Positions 12,934-26,300 of a stretch of DNA of 38,572 bases are shown in pieces. Source of the stretch: Geosiphon pyriformis uo1 (Eukaryota; Fungi; Glomeromycota); NCBI GenBank assembly GCA_016748015.1, contig JAAOMT010000631.1, positions 46,283 through 84,854 of the forward strand, written 5' to 3'. The notes beneath the pieces were generated by a model, which saw only the letters and a program-made list of their open reading frames with translations, had not been told where the DNA came from and ran no database searches. A program made the translations under genes and the position numbers. How positions within the stretch are numbered: position 1 is the first letter of the stretch; every line of letters begins with the position of its first letter.

Positions 12934-14030
12934 ATGAAGCAGTTTTTCTTCGCCGTTTATTTTAATAATTACCTCTTGATTATTTCAATACTTTTATCTT
13001 TTTTTATTTTAGTCATTAAAAGTTCATCAATTAATGAAATAGTATACCCAATTGATACAAAGAGATGTAAATACATTCGCGAAATAATTTATTTCGAGCA
13101 AGATGGAACAATTATGTTAGGGTGTACTTATAATTATTACAGTTTTTCTGCATACTTTAAGCTTACACCTAACGGTCAATTGTCTCGAAACGAAGAAAAA
13201 GATTATGGAGGCAAGAGTAATATAACTGACATTTATCCTCTTAACTCTAATTATCTTTTGGTAGAATATGGAAATCAAGCCAAAATATTCTTATGGAACG
13301 GAACATTAGTTCAAAGGTTTCTATTAAATAACTCTTTGAAATAAAATCTGCTTAACTTTAAAAATAAAAAATAATATTGATAATGCATAACGCTTTACCT
13401 AGTGATATAGAATTAGGTAAAGGGGACAAGTCAATAAAAAGTAATATTCAAAAGGACAAATTTCTTATTTTGAAAAAAAAAGATAATATAACAGAAATCG
13501 AGTGGACTATTTATAATATTCCGTAAGTTAGTAAATTTAATAAATTTGAAAATATTCAATATATAAATCCCAATAATTTTCAACATTCAATTTATATCTA
13601 GGACTGAATCCAATCAAAATATCAAACCAATTTTTGTTACTAAAAAGCTTGAATTAAAAGGAAATTTAACATCGTATCCATCCCCTTTTGCCACAACTGA
13701 AGGAGGCTTTGGATATGCATATATTGTTAATAATTCTCCCATTATTGATTCTCCCAGTATAAACATAACAAGATATTCGGTATATGTCACATTTTGGGAG
13801 CCAGAAATAACTGATTTTGGTCCTCATTTTCTACTCTTTCAATATGGCGCAATTGATTTGTCGATCGGACCATGTGATGTTCAAATAGATGGTTTGGGTT
13901 ATTATTGTTACCTAGAGCTAAGAACAACGGAATCTGGAATTTAAAAAAATATATGAATTTACAATAGCATTTCTTCAAAGTGAAGCAGTGTTAAAATATG
14001 ACACAATTTATAAAACTGCTCATTACATTG
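12934..14030 (+). pseudogene. Truncated member of a Glomeromycota-type secreted/membrane protein family
   Basis: Hydrophobic N-terminus (YLLIISILLSFFILVIKS). Exons 12934-13316, 13403-13522 and 13602-13944 splice in frame via GT-AG introns. Motifs include PFATTEGGFG and CDVQIDGLGYYC. There is a TAA at 13942-13944, after which family-like sequence (YEFTIAFLQSEAV) continues in another frame. Confidence 0.6.
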
Positions 14031-14380
14031 TACTTAAGCAATCAAATTTGACATATGTAAAGACATATTACTGTATTATGAAAGTAAAATTCAGAGATTC
14101 TTTGATCAAGTATTTGCTTTAAGTGTATATAACCAATTTAGAAACCAGAAGCCTACACCAGAGCCTATAAACCAAATCTTTATGATATAACAAGTAATTG
14201 ATTTTAAAATGTAAAATGTAAAATATGAAATATAAATCTTATTTACTACATCGAATAAAAAGTATGATTCTTGAAAATTCTGTATCTAAACGTTTAAGTA
14301 AAAGTTCTAATTGGTTTAAATAGACGGATATGTACTTTAATAAAGACTTAATCTTCCAATCTATACTATCATTTTGAAAT

Positions 14381-17300
14381 TTACCAAATTATTACAGCAA
14401 CAGCTCGCTGGGAAATCTTGTACTTCGAGGCTTTGCTATCAACTGAAATGACAAACAATAATTCGCTTCGATCTGAATTGAGATAAACCGGAAGAATTAC
14501 ATCATCAGATTTGACTGCTACTACGCCATGTTTAAGGACCCAACGGATCTGAGTAAGTTCAAGCTTGGTAGATGGGGCAGAGGTGAGTTGGAGCTGCTCA
14601 TCTTCCCATTTGGCGCCTTCCAATTTTAAACCAGAAACGACAAAACCATTCGGATCGTCGCTCTTGTTAATGTCGACTTCTAGTTTGAGGTCTTCTAACG
14701 ACCACACGTTCTTTTGAGCTACAGCTTGGCGAGTGGCGGTAATGTAGGCTTCTGGCATGAAAAGTCCACCAAGCCAAACTTGAATCTCTTGATAATTTGA
14801 TTCCTTAGTGATATTCTCAAGTTGTTGTAAACGGCTTTTTAAGTCTGCTATCCAATGATTGAGGGAAACATTTTGAGGGATTTTATATCTTCTCCAGTGA
14901 TCTGGAATAATGCCTATATATTAAAATTGCCCAAATTAAAGTTAAATTCTCCTGCTATGATAAAAACGCAAGGGTTCAAGCAGAACGATAAGAGAATGTA
15001 AATATGTTGTGCAAACCTTTGGTAAGACAATTCAAAAGCATGCGAAGATGGTTTGTTTGTTTAAGTTCACCCTCACAAACTTGTTTAATATCATGCAAAT
15101 CATGTTGAATTTTCGCGAGAAGACTACTTCCAATTTGGTTTTCACGATCAAAGAACCGGAAAAGAGGATCTTTGATACTGCTTGCTGTTTTTTTCATTTT
15201 TGGAATGGTCTGTTCAGTTAAAAGAAAAGGAGGTTACCATTTGTTTTATCTGGGGCTTTATATTTCTCAGGACTATTTCAAAACTTTTTTTACCTTAGGC
15301 AAGATTTGTAGCCAATTATCAACGGAAGAAACGAGTGCACGCATCCAAGCAGGCTGTGCTGATACACCACTTGTGCCGGGACCGGATTCTTGTGAATAGG
15401 CGACTTCTTCATCGTCAGAGAGACTCTTCATCTTACGAACCTTCACGAGCATTGCAAGACCTATAACGGAGAAATTGAGAATCAAAACTTAGTCATTCGC
15501 GATACTTTCACAGTATTTATTAAAAATTGCCATACCTTGAGTTGTCGCCAAAACTCTTTCAGCATTTCCAGGTAAACCTAACCATGCTGGAGGCTCACGA
15601 TCAGGTAGATTATTAACCCATTTCAAGAAATCTTTCATTTCAGTGCCCTCAGGGATGGTTAAAGTATTACCATCCTCTGACTCGACCAAGGCATAGTCCA
15701 AATCATAAGCTTCTGATGTGAACAAAGAGTTCACAAACGACTCCAATACTCGTTTGTCAAATTCGTTATCAATACGACCACCATAGCCAGATGTTGTAAT
15801 CAAAGTGCGAAGGGCATCCCAAGGAATTTTATCAGGTGAAATATTAGTTCGGTTTTGAGCAACTTGGTCCAACCAAGCGTCAATAGTGTTCATCGAAAAA
15901 TCTTGATCGGAATCGTTAAATTCATAAATTTTTGTCCAACCAAGTGGAACATATCGTAAACGTTCTTGAACAATTGCATGCAACCAAGCAAGCAAGAAAT
16001 ATAATCTGACACGTTCACTAGGACCTTTGGTAAGCCGACTAGGCGCGATTCCCTTGAGAGAATCTTGGAGATTGGCTTTGATGCCTGGAGGTGGTTCGAA
16101 CATGAGGACACGGGATAGACGTAATAAGTTGACGGGAACTTTGGGATTGGTTTCCATTGTAAGGAACAATCTGAAGTTATTGTGCGCTTTCATGCTATGT
16201 AATTTCTTTTCTAATTGTCCAAGCCAAGAAGGGGCTAAATGTACATTTTTTAACAATACCCAACTACCATTTTTAGTGGCAGAAGCGATGGCTTGATCCG
16301 CCAAGTTGAAACCTTCTTGAGAGCCCATAGCAACAGATGTGCAACGAGCGTTGACCTCAGCAACAAGGTTATCCACACGATAGCTGGCATCATAACCAGG
16401 AACAGAACAAAGTGAAATAGGCGTGGAAGGTTGAATTTCCCCAATTACCATTCCTTTAAAGTCAAGCTCAGTCTGATTAATGAAGCCTGGATCAAAGACA
16501 GTGGCGATAAAGGCTGCGGTTGCGGGTTGAAGCCTATCAGGGCGGAAACATTTGACAAGAAGCAATTTTCTGAGTTGGGTAACGGCAGCTAATTACGTTT
16601 TGGGAAATTTAACCATGTTAAAATTGGGACTGCTCAGAAACACATGTAATATATAATTTATCTTACGTGATAATTTAGCATCCCAGCAGACTGGGACATG
16701 TTTTTCAGCGGCATCAGCCTGAACGAACTGATACCAATCTTCTGGATTTCTGATGATTTCTGACTTAAGATTACTGAAACACGACAGGGTTGTATACTCC
16801 TTGATTCGGGCAGCTTGATCGGCATCAAAAAGGTCAGAGGGTAAACCAAGTTCATGTGCCATCACCTTTGTTCCCGGGACTACATCACCACCATTTAAAA
16901 GGAAGTCATACTCAACTTCGTCAATTTGATGTGAGCCACCACGAAGTCTGATTTGTGTCAACAATAAGGCGAATGTGATATAATCTTCGTGAAGGAGTGC
17001 ACGCGATACTCGATGAAAAGTGACATTGAATAAATCACGAGTTAAAACCTGAAGGCGTTCATTGTTGTCGGTAATATTTTTGAGATTAGGATTTTCGTGG
17101 AGTATATATTCGAAGATCTCATAGAAGTATTCCAATGAAAACTGGTAAAAATGGTGGAGCAAGTTGAGCTGTTCCATGACAAAAAATACCGAGCTGCATG
17201 CTTGGGCAAGAGGAGTGTATTCACCAGTGACCTGTTCCACTTCTTGCATAACTGTATCCGTTTCCTCGACTTTACGAGTCACTTCAGCAGCTTCTTTCTT

Positions 17301-20300
17301 CAAAGTTTCGAGAGTATCGAGAACTTTAGCGTCATCCAAAATATTTCCTTTAGATTCATTCAAAGCTTGCAAAAGAGATTTCTCGAGATGTCTCAATTTT
17401 AATTTGAATTCCCCTTGCAGTTTAATCAAGTCAGTTCTCCGCTTATCAGTGTCTGGTCTTTCAACTTTAAGCACTTGATTTAAACATTGACTTTGTAAGC
17501 TGCTGCGAGTAACTGTGAAGTTGACAAAGGTGACTCGGCTACAAATATCTGGGGGGAAATTTACTGAAGGGTCACGAGTAGTAAGGAAAAGCGTAAAGGC
17601 TGGGGAGAAATCAATATCTTGTCCACCTAAACGGATCAAGACACGGCCACCAGTACGACGTAACTCCTTGTTGAGAATAGGATTTATAATAGCATCTAGA
17701 TGTTCTACATCTTGAATAAGTAATGGATTACCGAAACGGAGAGCACTCTCAAGGTTTTTGATGAAGGAATCGTCCAAGAAGCTGGTAACAGTCAACTTTC
17801 TATCTTTGTATTCGTTCATTAAGAATGTCGAGGCTTGACCCGATGGATCAATGATAAGCGGATATCTGTTGAAGCGTTTCAGCATAATGGCGTTCTCTGT
17901 GCAAAGGTCATCAGCAGGAAGTGATTTTGCATGCCATGAGAGGCGATCGTCTGCCGTAGATAAATATTCGGTCAAGGCCAACTCTTGCTTAAAGGAGATA
18001 TTCGCATTAACCAAATGGCTTGTCCATTTGTTCAACAAAATTTCACGATATTGTTGATCAAAGTATCCACCATAAGCAAGGAAGGCAGCCGAGAGCAAGA
18101 CATCACCAACTATGGTTCCCATTTGCGTTTCGAAAGCCTGACTTCCAGATTCCCACCTTTCTTTTTCGGAAGACAAGCTATCGAGAAGGGTCAAGCTACG
18201 GTCGACTTTGCTTTTCACTTGTTCCATTTCGTTCTTGATAGATTGGGTTTGACTAATTAATTGAGCATATTCATCCGTATATCTTGCAATACTCGCCTCC
18301 AAATCTTTTATCATTTTATCAATCGTGACCGCTTTCATTTTGGTGTTTTCTTGTTGCTTTTGTAAATCAGCGACTTCATTACGTAGAGGACCGACCCTAT
18401 CCAAAATCTCGGAAAAGTTAACCTGGGCAATAACCCATTTTACCAAAGGCCCACAAGCCTTACTAGCCCTGTTAACTATTTCATAGTTGTAAGATGGTTT
18501 GCTAAGATAATCGTTCTTCATTTTTTCTCGAACCTCTCGTGTCATCCTCTTGTCAGTATCAAAATTCACTATACTTGCAATGAAGTCTTCACCACGAATC
18601 GCGCCTTGCACTGCCCTCCAATTCTCACTTGGTCGCCCAAGCAATTGACAGACAGAAGTCATTGCCAGTTTCACAGGTTCCGGCGGATTGGCCATTGAGC
18701 GCACTTCAGTGAGTTGTTGCCTTTTGATGCCTTGTACACTTCTTTGTGCCTCTTGAACAGCAGGTTCAGCATTTGCCAGATCTCGTAAAACTACTTCACG
18801 ACGCTCATCTATTTCTTCGGTTTGTTTTTTCAGGGCAATTTGTATTTCTTGAGATGAAAGCTTTTTAGTTTCAGCATCTCCCTGGTCGGCAACCATTTTC
18901 TGTAATTTCTCATTTGCTTCAGAACTTTTGGCTTCTAATTGTGTCTTTTTGATAGCTAGGCTTTTACGGAGCTCTTCTACTTTGATAACAGTGTCTCTCA
19001 ATTTCTCTAACCCGATGTTCAAATGCCGCTGTTGTTCTTCTAAATCTTCGCGTTTCTCGTTAAATAATCGCACATAATGGTTAATGAAGTCCAAGTAATG
19101 GCGAGGAGTGACATAATTGTAGCGACCTTGACGTTTGCTCAATTTTGCATTTATTTCGTAAAGTGATTGATGGACATAAACGAACCCATTGACAATTGCA
19201 AATCGATGAGTCGGTGGCAGGGGCAAGGAACGATAAGAGATAGGGAATTTGCTAGGAGCTGAATAGGTTTGAAGATCTAGGTCTAGGTTATTGGTGAATT
19301 CCATTCCCACTTGGAAAAAGGCTTGATCAGACCAATCTCCAAACCAATCCAACACACATCGGTTGAACAAAGCAGGTGATGTGGCGGCACGTGAAGCGAG
19401 TCCTCCCTCGGGAGGATTCATCGTGAAAACGACATGCAGATTCTTCATTACTTGCTGTGTGAACCATTTGTATAATTCCTCGTGGGAATCTAGCATCAAG
19501 CCTTCTTTTTGAGCTCCTTCTTTACACTGAGTCATTAAAGTGTTGTAATCATCACCCTCAAAAAGTCCGGGGACTTCAGCGTTAGCTAATAAAGTGTTCA
19601 TACGCTCCAAGAAACCGGAATCTAATACATTGGATTCATCCATAATAAAGGCAATTTTTTCACCCTTGCATCCGGAACGCCGCAAGACAACTCGTAAATC
19701 TTCATCAAAATCATCACCGGTATATTTGTTGTGAGCTTTAATCTGAAAGACACTTAGATTGTTCATCCAGGCACAGAATCTGGATAAAGTTGTCTTTCCG
19801 GACCCACTGACACCAATCAACAACAAGTGACCTTGCATCTGTCTAAACACTCGATCTATACGAAGAGCGTGGTCCAAAACATCGTTAAACAAAACTAAAG
19901 GTACATCTAATTCTTCTTCGTAGAAATTCTTGAGACGTGCTTTTACAAAATCTCGCAATTGCTCCCGCTCCACCGGAACATAAAACTTGCTGTCCCAGTT
20001 GGAGAAGAGAATTGGTCGGGACAAAGCCTCTTGTTGATTTAAGTTAGGGAAATGTTTCAAAGCAATCGCGTCAATATTATCATCTGTCCATTTCTTTTCT
20101 TCTTCAGTGACAAGACGATCTTGAAATAGACGCAGGGCTTCGTGAGCCCAGATACGCACAAGACCTTCAAGGGAAAGAGCTTCTAAAGGTTTTATAGCTT
20201 CAAATATGCCTCTCATCCATCGTGTCAATTCACGAGGTGAATAAATATAATGAGCTTGAATGTCTGGTGTAAATCGTTTTTGAGACATCAAATAAAATTC

Positions 20301-23300
20301 AACCATAGCGGCAGTGAGCGGCTCAGCATAGGCGCGTAGGGGAGGAATAATTTTCAACATGGCCCGTGAAAAGGTGCTGTAGATCTGATTGAGAGAAAGA
20401 GAGCCAGGGTAATCAACCATTACTAATGGAGCATGTCTCATAAACCTGTGAGTCAATGGTACACGTCCAGGATCGGTTGGAGGATTACAAGCACCCACGA
20501 ATTGAATACGTTCTAATTTCACCCAAGCTTTATCACTTGTTCTCCAATATCCACCATACTCCACCAACTGTCGTATAAAGGATATAACTCGTTGAGTACC
20601 ATATTTGTCAGTAGCTGGCAAATTGATTTCGTCGCAAAACAAAACAATCCATCGACCAATTACTATAGGTGACAGTATAACACCGTTGGGTGTCTTGCGG
20701 TATTCACAATATTGTTCAAATGTCTTTAAAATTAATTCAGGGGTTGTAGCGCTTGAAAAGTTTAGACCGACGACTTCAAGATCAGGCAGTTTCCTTAGGG
20801 CACTAAAGAGTGTCATCGTTTTTCCAGATCCTGGGGGTCCACAAAGCAGGAGAGGTTTGTGTTCAGAAAGCCAAGAATAAAGAATTTCTTCATGTCGGAC
20901 AGTGTCGACAGTTGGGATAACAATATCTGCCTCAGCCACTTTATGAGTTTCAATTTCAATGGTGGGCACTTTCCCCGCCCATGCTACCCATTCAGCATTG
21001 TTCACCGAGACATCATAATCAATGAGAGAAGACCCGGGTTGGGCTGGAGGCAAATCAATTGTCGTAATACCGCGAACGTAATCACCTAGTTTTGCACGTA
21101 AATCTAGTTTTGCATCACCCGAGAAACTCCAAATAACGCAGGACACCAGACGTTTCGATACATAAGATTCCAAAAGTTCAGCAGACATGGGAAAATCGAC
21201 ATGCTGCATGTTAAATTCAATCACATTGCGCACAGTTTTGTTTAATAAGGAGAATAAAGTGTTTAATACTCGCATGCGAGTAAAGTCCATGATATGTTCT
21301 AATGTTTCTGCATGTTCCAATGCTTTAGTGACAAATCCTTCTTCAGTCATGTGCACCGCAAGAATCTTGGCAACGGCGCGCTGAGTGAGAAGATTAGGTG
21401 AAGCGTTTTCCTCTGAATTATCGCTTCTACGTGATAATGGAAGGCCATCTTCCTCAGCATCATCCAAAGCCACTGTTTTAAGTGTGTCCAAATAATGGGT
21501 ATATACCATCTGTACGTTAATGACTTCTTCACTGAACCAGACCATACCACAACGACTGACTGTAGCTAAAGTAGCATATTTCAAGTTTTCGACTTCGAAC
21601 ATGATACGAACATTCCCCGGTAAACCTAAACGTTCGCCATTTGGTAAGGTGAGTAAACGATTGTCATCCAAAACACTATGAGAAGAAGATTAGATGGAAA
21701 TGTTAATTGGGATGGAAAGACGGACGTTAGCCTCAAAAAAATAGCATGGAGGGCACTAGAGCATTTCTTTACCTGTTCAAGTTTTCGACCCATTCAGGAT
21801 CTACATCACCATCAAAGATAATCCAATGTCTCTTGGCACTTTCTCCACGGACATTATCAACAATTTTACGCAGAATGTGCGTAAACAATCCGTCAGTCCA
21901 TTCACGCGTAGTTGGATCCAGAGTACCGTATAAAGCATCTTTGGATACAGCTTTTGGATCAATAACATAATCGATTCCTTCAATACCTTGCACTCTAGCC
22001 AACGCTTGTAACAGAACTTTCCATGCTTGAGTTTTACCAGAACCAGATGGACCCACCATCATCAGACCGTGATGAATATTTTGAATTTGGTAAAGTTGAA
22101 GAACCTTTTCGATCCACATCTCACCATCAACAAGACGTTGTTCACGGCATACGTTTCTGATTTCTTCTTGCAGCTTCTCAAGATCAACTGGAACATAATC
22201 GACGCCAGGAAAAACGTCAGCCAGTAAACTAGTTAACAAGTAGATATCGTCTGCAACTAACTTAGGAACAATTGTTTCGCGAACACTTTGAATAACAATT
22301 TCTTGTTCTCCGGTCGATTCAGAAATTTTTTTAAGATCAGACTCGGTTTTTTCACCAGACTCGACTTGACTTCTTAAGGCCACAAGACGTTCACGCTTCA
22401 AATTACCCGCACTGACAAGCACACTCTTGAGTGCACGAAGACCGAAATCATAATGGGCTTGAGGAGAGAGTTGTTCGGCGCAGAGATTGAACAAAGGTAC
22501 AACTTTAGAAGCCAGGATTTCTGCAGTACCAAAACCTTGTGAATACAACATAACTTGAGCGATAAGTTCGCGGTCAGGTTTCGTCATAGCAACGCTTCTG
22601 AAGAGCTTTTTGAGATTGTCCGGTAAGTTAGATCGTCCCGCGTAACCCGGATTCATGGTAATGAAGATACCTAAAAAATTAAAGATCCAATTGAGAGTCG
22701 ACTACTCAATAGGGAATTTTATTAGGGTTAGATAAAGTACCTGTATTAGTATTAACTACCAAACTTTTTCCAACAATTTCAACTTCAGCATTTGGGTTTG
22801 TTTTGACAGCCTTTAGACCGAGTTGAATTGTTTGAACTTGTTGCGAGACAGCAGATAAAATTCTTTCCTCAAGACGATTGAATTCATCAAAGCACCCCCA
22901 AGCACCAACTTGACAAAGCCCAACAAAAATACGACCCATTGCTTGAAAATCAAAGTTTTCGTCACAACAAAAGACAAGTACAAATCTTCCAAGTTGAACA
23001 CCTAATGCTTTGACTGATTCCGTTTTACCAGTACCTAAAAAAAACAAAAACAAAGCGCTTTCAGAAATGTGATCAAAAGTGTAAAAGTGAATAGAGTGAG
23101 TGTAAATCACCTGCGGGACCAAATGGCGAGCCGCCCAGACGACTTTCCAAAGCTTGAGTAAGAGTCAGATAACATTGATCAGTAAGAGGGGTCTGGACGA
23201 GACGATCTGGCACCCCGAGATATTCGTAACCATAATAAAATTGGGCATTGGCCATGTGAATGGTAAGCCTTGTCAGAGGATCTTCAATATTAGAATTAAA

Positions 23301-26300
23301 ATAAAATCTCATTTGATAGAGCCATTCAAAGTCTTTGGGTGATGATATTTTATTACTACGAAGCTGTCTTATGAGATCACGTTGATGAACAAGCTCAGTA
23401 ATTAAATGTTCACATTTTTTTCTTTTAGTTGGTGCTAGGTCCTGAAGTACAGTTTCGGCCAAAACCTTTAAGGCACGAAGCACGTAAGATAATGACTCAG
23501 CCAGAGGAGATTGATCGCTTCGATCACCATCATACATTATCGTGAGAGCTTTGTCAACGGATTGTGTCCATATGATCTGGGCCGCAACTACGACCAATTG
23601 AGATGGATACTTCTCGATCCATTCCAAGAGAGTAGGGATGGAGAGTTCTTCAGCGAGATAGAATGTATTCATCTCGGCGACAGCATCAGTCAACCATTGA
23701 GCGAGGGATACTCGCATCTCTTTTTCCAATAACGTCAACCAATCATTGATCTTGGGATTTTCTTTGATTGAAATTGGCGTTCTAAATATTACTTCTTCTC
23801 CTTCACGAGATGCCATCCCATTAATTATGGTGTTATCTTCGCTCAAAATAATATTAGATACCCCAGCAAACATCTTTTTGAAATGTTTTTGGATACGAAC
23901 AACATCTTTGCTATTTCCGATGATTTCAAGCAAGTCTTCGTCCCCGACAAAGTAGAAACGCGGAAAGGATGAACGCTCACGTTCAAGGTATTCTCCAAGA
24001 GCCTTTTGAATTTTGCCCAACATTTCAGCCAACCGTTCGAGAGACTTTTGAACATTTTGTAGATTTAAGACATCTAAAACAAAAGGGGATTTGTAAACTT
24101 TTTTCATGACGGTCAAGAATTCGGAATTTATATTTGTAAATCGCTGTGTTTCCATAGGTAACAATTGTTTAATATCAGCACTTCCGCTGAAGATGCCTTC
24201 AAGATAAACCCATTGACGTTGTACATCAATCCAGACATCGAAAAGAACGTGAACACGGTTCAATTTATCCTCCCATGCAGAGGCTTCTTCTTCAAAGGTT
24301 TTGTAGTAAGGTGACATTTTCATAGCGGCCAAAGAATTAATATTTTCGCTGCATTTTGTAAAAAGTTCATCCCATCCTTTGATGAGACGGCATTTATTTT
24401 GATAGTAGACGAGTTCCAACACATAATTAGTCCACGTTTCGCGGACCTATTAACAATCTTTGATGAGAAACATAATATAGGTCGTAGAATATCGAGATTT
24501 TTTGCAGCGGAAAGGAAACCCAACACATACCTGTTTCAAAAACTCCTCGAGCGCCATTTCACCTTGGGCTTGAATCACAATGTCCTTGATGGACTGTTCA
24601 TTTTTTCGAAGATCCATATCCCAAATATGTCCCACAGTCATTTCAGACAAAGAGAAACGGCCTCCAACACCAAGCTGTTTAAACAGGTGTTTCCAATGGC
24701 GTTCTTTCAACGCCTCAGATTTTAAATCGGAGAGGAGTTGATATACTTTGATATAATCACGCAATGTCTTTTGAACATATTGAAAGGCTGCATATTGGCG
24801 CGTTCGAGCTGGCATCTCTTTGGTAGAGTTGAATAAATTGTCCAAATTTTGACGGATCCTTCGTGGCACCATGGAAGACCATATGGTCTCTCGAACCTCG
24901 TTGATGGATGCCCAAATTTTTGCAAGTTCATTCCAGACCGATTTGAGGTCCCTAAGTTCTTCCAAAACGGGGTCCAATCGGTCTTCCGCAGTTTGATCAA
25001 GATCGAGAGCTTCTTTAGCACGGCAAATCATATCATAGTGATCTTTAAGACCAGTGATCCGGTTTTCAAATTGACTGAGATCAGTTATTGCCTTTTCTGG
25101 CCTAATGTCACCCTGAATAGGTTTATTTTTGTCCCATTCTGTAACAATATTTTTGATTTTCTCATCAATGACTTTATCTTCCGCGACAATCTTATTTTGC
25201 AGGCCGGCTATTTTTCACATAAAAAAAAGGATGGTTAAATTTATGGTTGAAATATATTTTGAATAATTTACAAAAAAATCACCGATTTGATCTTGAATTG
25301 CAGCATTTTTCTTATTTAGAATCTCGATATAAGCACTCCATTCCCCTTCAATCTGTTCCACATGCAGCCAGTCACGAGGAGGCTGGAAGGCTGGGGGTTT
25401 AGCCAAGGTTTTTTGACAATTTCGGAAAAGTTCAACCTCAGCCTCCCATTTAGCGCGCTTGCGCTTAAGCTCTTGCACGAATGTGATGAAAGTAACGGCT
25501 TCTCCTGTGGCGTTGCTTTCAACAGAATGTTGTTCAAGGTCATATCGAGCTTTCGAAACTGAGGTGTGGAACTCACGCATTGATTCGCCTAACTTGGACC
25601 CAAACTTATTTGTTATTTCCTTTTGCCATACATCGTATTTCTCGGTGACTCTGGTTTGTACTTGTCCGTAATCAACAACGATAGCTCCAAAAGATTTCTC
25701 AACCTCAGAATTATCAAATGTAAGTCTTCGTTTTCGAATCTCCGTGAGAATTTGTTGCCACTTTGATAGATCATCTCCAAGGCGTGTATAAACTTGGGTA
25801 GCATCAAGATCCCACAATGATTGAAATCGGAGCCATATACTGATGTATTCTGCTACTTTCTTAAGTTTAAATTCTATTATTTCGTAAGCCCTCTCGAGAG
25901 AATTGTCCGGTACTAAGGTCAACAAATTGGAGTATGTGGTCTCCTGTGAGATTGGCCCCCTCACTTGGAGTTCAATCTCATATCTTGAGCTTTGAATTCG
26001 AGGGAGATTACAAACGATAGCTTGAAAACAGGATATTAATTAGAATAATGCCCACAAAAAGTGACTAGTTTGCGCGGCAAATAAGATCAGACTCACCGAG
26101 CCATTCGTGAAGCTGATTGTAAAGATTAGCACGAGCCTGTTCGATCGGTGGATCCAGAAAGATGACTTGATTACGAATGCAAACTTCGTGAATCGACACT
26201 TTGAGGGTTGGTTTCATTTCAGCTTTTAGCGTTGCCGCAGATTTCTCATCATCAGATTGGTCACCCCTCGTACTCTGGCGCTTATTTCTTTTTGTACTCT

